In this document: positions 56,537 to 64,000 of the stretch, piece by piece | Layout: the number at the start of each line of letters is the position of its first letter | Position numbering within the stretch: the stretch's first letter is position 1 | Source of the DNA: an uncultured Lachnospiraceae bacterium | GTDB lineage: Bacteria > Bacillota > Clostridia > Lachnospirales > Lachnospiraceae | Length of the DNA: 64,000 nt | Direction: 5' to 3' | Assembly: GCA_947588675.1 (NCBI GenBank) | Contig: CANPYY010000011.1 | Coordinates: forward strand, 1,456 to 65,455 | Notes under the pieces: model-generated | Seen by the model: only the letters and a program-made list of their open reading frames with translations | Databases searched by the model: none | Told to the model about the DNA's origin: nothing | Made by a program: the position numbers and the translations under genes

Positions 56537-58699
56537 ATGATGGAAAAATATCAGGATGAAACATTATCATTTGAGGAAAGAGCTAAAGATCTTGCATCCA
56601 GGCTTACATTGGAAGAAAAAGTGTATCAGACGCTTCATGGCGCGCCGGCAATAGACAGGCTCGGTATAAAGGCTTATAATTATTGGAACGAGGCGCTGCA
56701 TGGAGTTGCAAGAGCAGGCGTTGCAACGGTATTTCCACAGTCGATAGGGCTTGCCGCTACATTTGACGAGGATTTTATTGAAGAAGTTGCAGACTGCATA
56801 TCTACCGAAGGACGTGCAAAATTTAATATGCAGCAGGAGTATGGTGATACGGATATATATAAAGGACTTACATTCTGGTCGCCTAATGTTAATATTTTCA
56901 GAGACCCAAGATGGGGACGCGGACATGAAACGTTTGGTGAGGACCCGTACCTTACATCAAGGCTTGGAGTAAGGTTTATTAACGGAATCCAGGGCCATGA
57001 TGATAAATATCTTAAAGCAGCGGCATGCGCAAAGCACTTTGCCGTACATTCCGGACCTGAAGATGAGAGGCATAGTTTTAATGCGATTGCTTCCAAAAAA
57101 GATATGAGGGAAACTTATCTTCCGGCGTTTAAGGCGTGCGTTAAGGAAGCCGGGGTGGAAGTTGTAATGGGAGCTTATAACAGAACCAATGGTGAACCGT
57201 GCTGTGGAAGCAAAACATTGCTTGTAGATATTTTAAGAGGAGAATGGCAGTTTAAGGGACATGTTACCTCAGACTGCTGGGCTATTAAAGATTTTCACGA
57301 ATTTCATATGGTAACCTCCGGTCCGGCAGAGTCGGTTGCTCTTGCAATGAATAACGGATGCGACCTTAACTGTGGCAATATAAACGGAAATCTTATTAAG
57401 GCAAATGAATTGGGACTTATATCTGAGGAAACTATAGAACAGTCTGTAGCAAGGCTTTATACTACAAGGATGAAACTGGGACTCTTTGACGAACCTGCAA
57501 AAGTTCCGTTTAACAGTATAAAATATGATGTTGTGGACTGTAAGGAGCATAGAATGCTTAATCTTAAAGCATCTAAAAAGAGCATATGTCTTCTTAAAAA
57601 TGAAAATAATATACTGCCTCTTGACGCCTCAAAGCTTAAAACAGTAGGAGTAATAGGGCCAAATGCTGATAACAGGCGGGCGCTGGTTGGTAACTATGAA
57701 GGAACTGCTTCGGAATATGTTACGATACTTGAAGGTATAAAGGAATATCTTGGTGATGATGTAAGGGTAATGTATTCGGAGGGATGTCATCTTTGCAGGG
57801 ACCGTGTATCAGGTCTTGCAACTTCCCATGACAGGACTGCCGAGGCCAGAGCCGTTGCGGCTGAATCAGATGTTGTTATTGCATGTTTTGGACTTGATCC
57901 CAGCCTTGAAGGTGAAGAAGGTGATGAGGGTAATGAATTTGCGAGTGGCGATAAGCCTGATATCAATCTTCCCGGAATACAGCTTGATGTGCTTAAAGCA
58001 ATATATGAGAGCGGAAAACCTGTTATACTTATACTTCTCTCAGGAAGCGCTCTTTCGGTAACCTGGGCGGATGAAAATCTTCCTGCAATTATTGAAGGCT
58101 GGTATCCTGGCGCGCAGGGCGGACGCGCAATAGCCCAGATTTTATTTGGAGATGCTTCTCCTGAAGGAAAATTACCTGTTACATTCTATCGTACTACTGA
58201 GGAACTGCCTGATTTCAGAGATTATTCAATGAAGGGCAGAACATACAGGTATATGGAAAACGAAGCGCTGTATCCGTTTGGATACGGACTAAGTTATTCG
58301 GATTTTGAAATAAGCGGAGTGAGTGCGGATTGTGAGCAAATTGTACCGGACGGCAAAATAACTATAAAAGCTTCTCTGACAAATAAAGGTGAAATGGAAG
58401 GCGCCGAAACAATTCAGGTATATGTAAAAGCTTTGAAAGACGATGCGCCGAATTATCAGTTGAAGGGACTTAAAAAACTTATGCTTGCTCCCGGTCAGAC
58501 AAAAACGGCTGAATTTGTTCTTACACCGGATAGTTTCGGATTGTACAATGATGAAGGTGAAAAGATACTTTATAAAGGTAAATATGAAGTATATGTCGGC
58601 ACATCACAGCCTGATGCAAGAAGTATTAAGCTGACGGGCAAAAAACCTGAGTGTATTGAGGTTTCATGTGACGTAAATGATACGGTAGTACCTGAATAA
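56537..58699 (+). CDS. GH3 beta-xylosidase/beta-glucosidase
   Basis: 720 aa with no signal peptide. KHFAVHSGPE, nucleophile context VTSDCWA, C-terminal FnIII-like domain. Confidence 0.88.
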   Translation: MMEKYQDETLSFEERAKDLASRLTLEEKVYQTLHGAPAIDRLGIKAYNYWNEALHGVARAGVATVFPQSIGLAATFDEDFIEEVADCISTEGRAKFNMQQEYGDTDIYKGLTFWSPNVNIFRDPRWGRGHETFGEDPYLTSRLGVRFINGIQGHDDKYLKAAACAKHFAVHSGPEDERHSFNAIASKKDMRETYLPAFKACVKEAGVEVVMGAYNRTNGEPCCGSKTLLVDILRGEWQFKGHVTSDCWAIKDFHEFHMVTSGPAESVALAMNNGCDLNCGNINGNLIKANELGLISEETIEQSVARLYTTRMKLGLFDEPAKVPFNSIKYDVVDCKEHRMLNLKASKKSICLLKNENNILPLDASKLKTVGVIGPNADNRRALVGNYEGTASEYVTILEGIKEYLGDDVRVMYSEGCHLCRDRVSGLATSHDRTAEARAVAAESDVVIACFGLDPSLEGEEGDEGNEFASGDKPDINLPGIQLDVLKAIYESGKPVILILLSGSALSVTWADENLPAIIEGWYPGAQGGRAIAQILFGDASPEGKLPVTFYRTTEELPDFRDYSMKGRTYRYMENEALYPFGYGLSYSDFEISGVSADCEQIVPDGKITIKASLTNKGEMEGAETIQVYVKALKDDAPNYQLKGLKKLMLAPGQTKTAEFVLTPDSFGLYNDEGEKILYKGKYEVYVGTSQPDARSIKLTGKKPECIEVSCDVNDTVVPE

Positions 58700-58723
58700 T
58701 TGTTAAGGAGTTAAAGATAATAT

Positions 58724-60751
58724 ATGACGGAATATGAAAATTGCTGGCTTAATTATAAACGTATGGATAAAATACCGGAGTGCATAAAAGAATTTTCCAA
58801 TATATTTTGCGGAGCAAGCGGAAAATGTATTGATAATGCAGTCAGGGAAATTGATATGGCAATGTCTGCAATGTTTGGAATCAAAGTTGAAAAGAAATAT
58901 ATTCCTGCAGATAATATATCTGCGGGAATATATCTTAAATTATTTGATGATGAGGACAGTAAATATACGGGGACGTTTGTACCTGATGAGGAAGGATATG
59001 CCCTGTACTACAAGAAAAACGATAACCTTATTATAGTATCCTCAGCGGGTGAAAGAGGAATATTATATGGCGTTTTCAGGCTTATGAGATTGCTGCAGAT
59101 GGAAACGGAGCCGTCTGACATAAACTTATTTGAGAATCCATATATGCCTGTAAGGATGATTAATCACTGGGATAATATGGCCGGAGATATTGAAAGAGGA
59201 TATTCCGGCAATTCGTTTTTTTATGAAAATAATAAAATTATAGTTGATGACAGGACAAAAGCATATGCAAGGCTTATGTCGTCGGTAGGAATTAATGCAA
59301 TTACAATTAATAACGTTAACGTTCATTCTGTCGAAACAAAGCTTATAACGGACACATTCCTTTTTGAAGTAAAAAAGATAAGCGATATATTTACTTCATA
59401 TGGAATAAAGCTTTATATGAGTATTAATTTTGCGGCGCCGGCTGAACTCGGATATACCGATACATGCGACCCGCTTGACCCGCAGGTAATTAAATGGTGG
59501 GAAAATACAACAAAACATTTATATGAGGTTATTCCTGATTTTGGAGGTTATCTTGTTAAGGCAGATTCGGAGGGAAGACCGGGACCGTACACATACGGAA
59601 GAAGTCATGCAGATGGAGCCAATATGCTTGCAAGAGCTCTTAGTAAGTATGGCGGAATAGTGGTATGGCGTTGTTTTGTATATAATTGTAAACAAAACTG
59701 GAGAGACAGAAAGACCGACAGGGCAAAGGCCTGTTATGATAATTTTTATGGTTTAGACGGAGAATTTGACGACAACGTAGTTCTTCAGATTAAAAACGGT
59801 CCTATGGATTTTCAGGTGAGGGAACCAGTTTCACCGCTTTTTGGAGCTCTGAAGAAAACCAATATGTTTTTGGAACTGCAGATTGCGCAGGAATACACGG
59901 GACAGCAGATAGATTTATGTTATCTTGTTCCTATGTGGAAAGAGATACTTGACTTTAATACTTATGCATATGATGATGCAACGGTAAAACGTATCGTATC
60001 AGGACGTGAGTACGGTAACAGGATATGTGGAGTTGCAGGCGTTACAAATACCGGAAATGATTCTAACTGGACAGGTCATGATTTGGCGGCTGCAAATCTT
60101 TTTGGATTTGCAATGCTGTGTTGGAATCCCGAATTATCGGCAGAGCAGATAGGTATTACCTGGGCGCGCGCGACATTTGGTAATGACAGGGAAGTGTATC
60201 TTAAAATATACGAAATAATAAAAGATTCCTGGCTTACGTATGAAAAATATACGTCTCCGCTTGGAATCGGCTGGATGATTAATCCGAGCGACCATTACGG
60301 ACCTAATGTAGACGGTTTTGAATATGATGTCTGGGGAACTTATCATCGTTCTGACAGAAACGGTATGGGACAGGACCGTACGGTGCTTAATGGAACAGGA
60401 TATACCGCGCAGTATAACGAGCCGTTATGCAGTATGTATGAAAATGTGGAAACTACTCCGGATGAACTCAGGCTGTTTTTTCATTATACAAAATATGATT
60501 ATGTGCTTTCAAGCGGAAAAACCGTTATACAGCATATATATGATACGCATTTTGAAGGAGTAGAAGAAGTAGAAAAAATGATTGCCGCATGGAAAACCCT
60601 TGAAGGCAGTATTGATAAAAGGGTATTTGACAGAGTAAATGAAAGATTTGAAAAGCAGCTTAGAAATGCAATAGAGTGGCGAGACAGGGTAAATACATAC
60701 TTTTACAGGATGTCCGGCATAAATGACGAGCATGGCAGAACAATTTATTGA
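58724..60751 (+). CDS. aguA: GH67 alpha-glucuronidase
   Basis: 675 aa with no signal peptide. Full-length GH67 similarity (CWLNY start, NHWDN, LVKADSEGRPGP, EYTGQQ). Confidence 0.88.
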   Translation: MTEYENCWLNYKRMDKIPECIKEFSNIFCGASGKCIDNAVREIDMAMSAMFGIKVEKKYIPADNISAGIYLKLFDDEDSKYTGTFVPDEEGYALYYKKNDNLIIVSSAGERGILYGVFRLMRLLQMETEPSDINLFENPYMPVRMINHWDNMAGDIERGYSGNSFFYENNKIIVDDRTKAYARLMSSVGINAITINNVNVHSVETKLITDTFLFEVKKISDIFTSYGIKLYMSINFAAPAELGYTDTCDPLDPQVIKWWENTTKHLYEVIPDFGGYLVKADSEGRPGPYTYGRSHADGANMLARALSKYGGIVVWRCFVYNCKQNWRDRKTDRAKACYDNFYGLDGEFDDNVVLQIKNGPMDFQVREPVSPLFGALKKTNMFLELQIAQEYTGQQIDLCYLVPMWKEILDFNTYAYDDATVKRIVSGREYGNRICGVAGVTNTGNDSNWTGHDLAAANLFGFAMLCWNPELSAEQIGITWARATFGNDREVYLKIYEIIKDSWLTYEKYTSPLGIGWMINPSDHYGPNVDGFEYDVWGTYHRSDRNGMGQDRTVLNGTGYTAQYNEPLCSMYENVETTPDELRLFFHYTKYDYVLSSGKTVIQHIYDTHFEGVEEVEKMIAAWKTLEGSIDKRVFDRVNERFEKQLRNAIEWRDRVNTYFYRMSGINDEHGRTIY

Positions 60752-60758
60752 TATAGCG

Positions 60759-60788
60759 GTATAAATATGAGGTAAACTGTACATTCTT
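60759..60788 (+). promoter_or_regulatory. Forespore-type (sigma-F/sigma-G) promoter candidate for sigG
   Basis: GTATA (60759-60763), 18-nt spacer, CATTCTT (60782-60788). Compare the sigma-G consensus GHATR-N18-CATXHTA. Lies 34 nt upstream of the sigG ATG. Confidence 0.45.
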
Positions 60789-60821
60789 TTTAATGTAAAA
60801 ACATTAGGAGGATGTACATTA

Positions 60822-61604
60822 ATGGCACAGTATAAGGTCGAAATATGCGGAGTCAATACGTCTAAATTACCGCTTTTGAAAAATGATGAAAAAGAAGCGC
60901 TTTTTGGCAGAATACTTGAAGGTGACAGAAATGCAAGGGAACAGTATATAAAAGGCAATCTTCGTCTGGTTTTAAGTATTATTCAGCGTTTTTCAAACAG
61001 TACGGAGGATATTGACGATTTGTTTCAGATAGGCTGCATAGGCCTTATGAAAGCAATTGACCATTTTGATATTACACAGCAGGTAAAATTTTCAACATAT
61101 GCCGTGCCTATGATTATAGGAGAGATACGCAGATATCTTCGTGACAATAATTCTATAAGGGTAAGCCGTTCAATCAGGGATACTGCTTATAAGGCGGTAT
61201 ATGCAAAAGAAAATCTCAGGAAAAAGATGGACAGGGAACCTACGATTGATGAGATAGCCGCAGATATAGGCATTACACCTGAAGAAGTAATATATGCTCT
61301 TGACGCTATACAAAGCCCGGTATCGTTATATGAACCCGTATATTCAGAGGGCGGAGATACGCTGTATATAATGGACCAGATAAGCGACAAAAAGAATAAG
61401 GAAGATAACTGGATTGAAGAAATATCCGTAAAAGAAGCCTTGGAACATCTTAACGACAGGGAAAAAGCAATAATACGTTTAAGGTATTTTGACGGTAAAA
61501 CACAGATGGAAGTAGCAGATGAAATTAATATTTCACAGGCGCAGGTTTCGAGGCTTGAGAAAACAGCATTAAAAAATATGAAAGATTATCTGGGACAGAG
61601 GTAA
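60822..61604 (+). CDS. sigG: Sporulation sigma factor sigma-G
   Basis: 260 aa. GNLRLVLSIIQRF, DLFQIGCIGLMKAIDHFD, YAVPMIIGEIRRYLRDN, region 4 TQMEVADEINISQAQVSRLEK. Confidence 0.9.
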   Translation: MAQYKVEICGVNTSKLPLLKNDEKEALFGRILEGDRNAREQYIKGNLRLVLSIIQRFSNSTEDIDDLFQIGCIGLMKAIDHFDITQQVKFSTYAVPMIIGEIRRYLRDNNSIRVSRSIRDTAYKAVYAKENLRKKMDREPTIDEIAADIGITPEEVIYALDAIQSPVSLYEPVYSEGGDTLYIMDQISDKKNKEDNWIEEISVKEALEHLNDREKAIIRLRYFDGKTQMEVADEINISQAQVSRLEKTALKNMKDYLGQR

Positions 61605-61660
61605 TTAAAAACAGGTAGCGCATATAATAATATACCAATAATATGACGGGGTAGTAATAT

Positions 61661-61924
61661 ATGCGGCTGTGTGACCTTAAAAAGAAGGAAGTTATTAATA
61701 TATGCGACGGACAGCGTATAGGCTGTATTACGGATATAGAATTTGAATTATGCAATGGCTGTATAACACATGTAATAATACCGGGACCATGTAAGGTGTT
61801 TGGTATGTTCGGGCGCGAAGAAGAATATATTATCCCGGCTGAATGTGTTAAACAGATAGGTACGGATGTCGTGCTTATAGAAGCTGATCTTTCAAAGTAT
61901 CTGAACAAATGTAAATGGTTGTAA
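61661..61924 (+). CDS. ylmC: YlmC/YmxH-family sporulation protein (PRC-barrel)
   Basis: 87 aa. LKKKEVINICDGQRIGCITDIEFE ... IIPG ... EYIIP, typical of YlmC/YmxH. Confidence 0.85.
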   Translation: MRLCDLKKKEVINICDGQRIGCITDIEFELCNGCITHVIIPGPCKVFGMFGREEEYIIPAECVKQIGTDVVLIEADLSKYLNKCKWL

Positions 61925-61936
61925 AGGAGGTATATC

Positions 61937-62389
61937 ATGAAGTGTCCTTTTTGTAGCGAAGAAAACACAAGAGTAATTGATTCAAGACCCGCGGATGATA
62001 ATAATTCAATAAGGCGGAGACGTCAGTGCGATAAATGCCAGAGAAGGTTTACTACATATGAGAAAGTTGAAACGATACCGCTTATTGTAGTGAAAAAAGA
62101 TATGACGAGAGAGCCGTATGATAGGTCAAAGATTGAGAAGGGAGTATTTAAATCGTGTCATAAACGCCCTATTCCGGTGGATAAAATCAATGAAACAGTG
62201 GATATTATTGAAAATACGGTATTTAATCTGGAATATAAAGAAATACCAAGCAACACTATAGGTGAGATTGTCATGGATAAACTTAAAGAACTGGACGCCG
62301 TCGCATATGTAAGATTTGCTTCGGTATACAGGGAGTTTAAAGATGTAAGCACCTTTATGGAAGAAATAAAAAAAATACTCGATACATAA
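61937..62389 (+). CDS. nrdR: Transcriptional repressor NrdR
   Basis: 150 aa. Zinc ribbon MKCPFC...RRRRQCDKC plus an ATP-cone. Confidence 0.93.
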   Translation: MKCPFCSEENTRVIDSRPADDNNSIRRRRQCDKCQRRFTTYEKVETIPLIVVKKDMTREPYDRSKIEKGVFKSCHKRPIPVDKINETVDIIENTVFNLEYKEIPSNTIGEIVMDKLKELDAVAYVRFASVYREFKDVSTFMEEIKKILDT

Positions 62390-62417
62390 AAAGAGGAGAA
62401 AATCCTCTTTTTTTTAT
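62390..62417 (+). terminator. Rho-independent terminator after nrdR
   Basis: Stem AGAGGA / TCCTCT, loop GAAAA, then a 9-nt T-run. Confidence 0.75.
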
Positions 62418-62426
62418 ATTACATAT

Positions 62427-62454
62427 TGATTTCAAAAATTATTTGTGTTACAAT
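62427..62454 (+). promoter_or_regulatory. Candidate extended -10 sigma-A promoter for comM/yifB
   Basis: TTGATT (62427-62432), 16-nt spacer ending in TGT, TACAAT (62449-62454). Confidence 0.45.
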
Positions 62455-62592
62455 GTATTACACACATCTGAAATTCTGTTAGTCTTTTGTCTGGTAGTTT
62501 CTTAATTAAATGTGTATTTAACATTTAATATTACCGGTATATTTGATTAAGTAGTAAGGAGTTAAAGCAGTTGTACAATTTGGAGGTAATAT

Positions 62593-64000
62593 ATGTTTTG
62601 CAGAGCTTTTTGTGCTGCAATTACAGGGGTGACAGCACAGATTATTAAAGTTGAGGCTGACGTTACGGAGGGGCTTCCCGTATTTCATATGGTAGGTTAT
62701 CTGGCTTCTGAAGTAAGGGAAGCAACAGAGCGGGTGCGAAGTGCGGTTAAAAATACAGGTTATAAGTTCCCGGCAAAAAGGATAACCGTTAATCTGTCGC
62801 CTGCCGATATAAGAAAAGAGGGTACGGCGTTTGACCTGTCTGTCGCCATGGCGCTTATGGGTTCATTTGGTTATATAAAAAGTAGTATATTAGGAAAAGT
62901 ATTATTTATAGGTGAACTTAGCCTGGACGGCAATATAAATGGGGTTCAGGGAGTGCTTGCAATGGTTGGGGAAGCTAAAAAGGCGGGCTTTTTGTATTGT
63001 ATTATACCTAAGGATAATGTTTCAGAGGCGGAATTTGTTGAAGAAATAGGTATTATAGGCGTTAATAATTTATCAGAAGCCGCAGATATAGTTTTGTCCG
63101 GTGAATTGGATAAATATACTATAATGCCAAAAGTGCGGGAAACTGCTAAGAAAAATAAAGTGGAAGAAAAAGATTTTTCGGATATATGCGGTCAGAAACT
63201 TTTAAAACGTGCGGTTCAGATTGCAGTAAGCGGAAGACATAATATGCTTATTATAGGCCCGCCGGGAGTAGGAAAAACAATGATAGCCGAAAGAATACCG
63301 GGAATAATGCCTGAAATGACGAAGGAAGAAAGTATTGAAACAGCAATAATAGCAAGTATATGCGGGGAATATGATAAATCAGACGATTATATATATAAAA
63401 GACCTGTGAGGATGCCGCACTATTCAATATCCCCTGCGGGACTTGTAGGAGGCGGGAATATACCGGGACCGGGGGAGATTACCCGTGCGCATAGAGGAGT
63501 GTTATTTTTGGATGAGCTTACGGAATTTAACAGAAATACTTTGGAACTTCTCAGAGCGCCTATGGAAAATAAAAAAATAATACATACAAGGATGAACAGA
63601 AGTATAGAATATCCGTGTGATTTTATGCTTGTGGCGGCAATGAATCCCTGCCCGTGCGGATATTATCCTGATATTGCAAAATGCAGATGTACGCATGAAA
63701 AGATAAGAAGATACTTAGGTAAAATAAGCCATGCCTTTTTAGATAGAATAGATATTGTCATTGAAGCCGAAGCTGTTGCTTATAATAATATTGATGCTTT
63801 TTCGGATGATAGATATGAAGAAACATCGGAGGTAATAAGAAAAAAAGTAGTCGCTGCGGAAAGAATACAGAAAGTACGGTATGAAAGCCATAATATAAAA
63901 AATAATTCTGCGCTTAATGCGCAACAGGTAAAACAATTCTGTATGCTTGACGGGGAGAGTAAGAAGTTTTTAAAAAATGTATATGATGAATGGGAACTCA
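62593..64000 (+). CDS. comM: YifB/ComM-family Mg-chelatase-like AAA+ ATPase (3' end outside the window)
   Basis: Not in the ORF track because no stop is reached. My translation from ATG 62593 (after GGAGG) is open to the window end. Lon-protease-like N-domain (GLPVFHMVGY, ITVNLSPADIRKEGTAFDL), Walker A GPPGVGKT, Walker B VLFLDEL. Confidence 0.88.
   Translation, partial: MFCRAFCAAITGVTAQIIKVEADVTEGLPVFHMVGYLASEVREATERVRSAVKNTGYKFPAKRITVNLSPADIRKEGTAFDLSVAMALMGSFGYIKSSILGKVLFIGELSLDGNINGVQGVLAMVGEAKKAGFLYCIIPKDNVSEAEFVEEIGIIGVNNLSEAADIVLSGELDKYTIMPKVRETAKKNKVEEKDFSDICGQKLLKRAVQIAVSGRHNMLIIGPPGVGKTMIAERIPGIMPEMTKEESIETAIIASICGEYDKSDDYIYKRPVRMPHYSISPAGLVGGGNIPGPGEITRAHRGVLFLDELTEFNRNTLELLRAPMENKKIIHTRMNRSIEYPCDFMLVAAMNPCPCGYYPDIAKCRCTHEKIRRYLGKISHAFLDRIDIVIEAEAVAYNNIDAFSDDRYEETSEVIRKKVVAAERIQKVRYESHNIKNNSALNAQQVKQFCMLDGESKKFLKNVYDEWEL

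Noticed and set aside
139-61968. Many long ORFs antisense to or nested in confidently assigned genes. Examples: 139-579, 4630-5151, 21941-22654, 26969-27592, 38048-38521, 38658-39158, 52120-52653, 60509-60958, 61525-61968.
   Set aside because: Each overlaps a gene with strong full-length family similarity on the other strand or frame. Their translations are low-complexity or Ser/Ile/Phe-rich with no recognisable motifs and no RBS. They are typical shadow ORFs of AT-rich DNA.
1-64000. Scan of all intergenic gaps over 100 nt for CRISPR arrays, tRNA/rRNA genes, IS elements and defence-system genes
   Set aside because: No spaced direct repeats, tRNA cloverleaf-like sequences or nuclease/methylase/defence-type ORFs were seen. 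The gaps are accounted for by promoters, terminators and the T-box leader.

Overview
Chromosomal segment of a low-GC, endospore-forming Firmicute. The gene content is Clostridia-like: spoIIGA-sigE, sigG, ylmC, T-box control and CUT1-type sugar importers. There are about 54 densely packed protein genes. I saw no rRNA, tRNA, CRISPR array, transposase or integrase. Left to right: an envelope O-acyltransferase triad (DUF4358-like / MBOAT / DHHW); an ABC-F ATPase; rex-nnr-alr followed by a mazF/ndoA homologue with no antitoxin gene; rlmH; pcrA; a thioesterase. Next comes a nine-gene Tad/Flp-like (type IVc) pilus operon at 13.2-21.4 kb with an embedded 998-aa Ig-repeat secreted protein. Then short-form metH, a GT2 and an LCP gene; T-box-controlled ilvD-ilvB; serC-serA; folC; folE-folP and a single ORF fusing folB, folK and pheA; a cyclophilin and an LD-carboxypeptidase; spoIIGA-sigE. 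A 20.5-kb xylan/glucuronoxylan utilisation block follows (GH43, two ABC importers, GH10, GH3, GH67) and separates sigE from sigG. The window ends with sigG, ylmC/ymxH, nrdR and the 5' part of comM/yifB. There are two best candidates for an undescribed system. (i) A surface module inside the xylan block at 42420-52007: a TM-anchored CBM-like+SBP fusion, a permease pair, an NHL/TPR propeller, a Yip1 protein and a DUF5696-like lipoprotein. (ii) The monoderm Tad-like locus with its giant Ig-repeat protein. All functional calls come from reading the translated ORFs (motif and family recognition). No database search, folding program or statistic was run.
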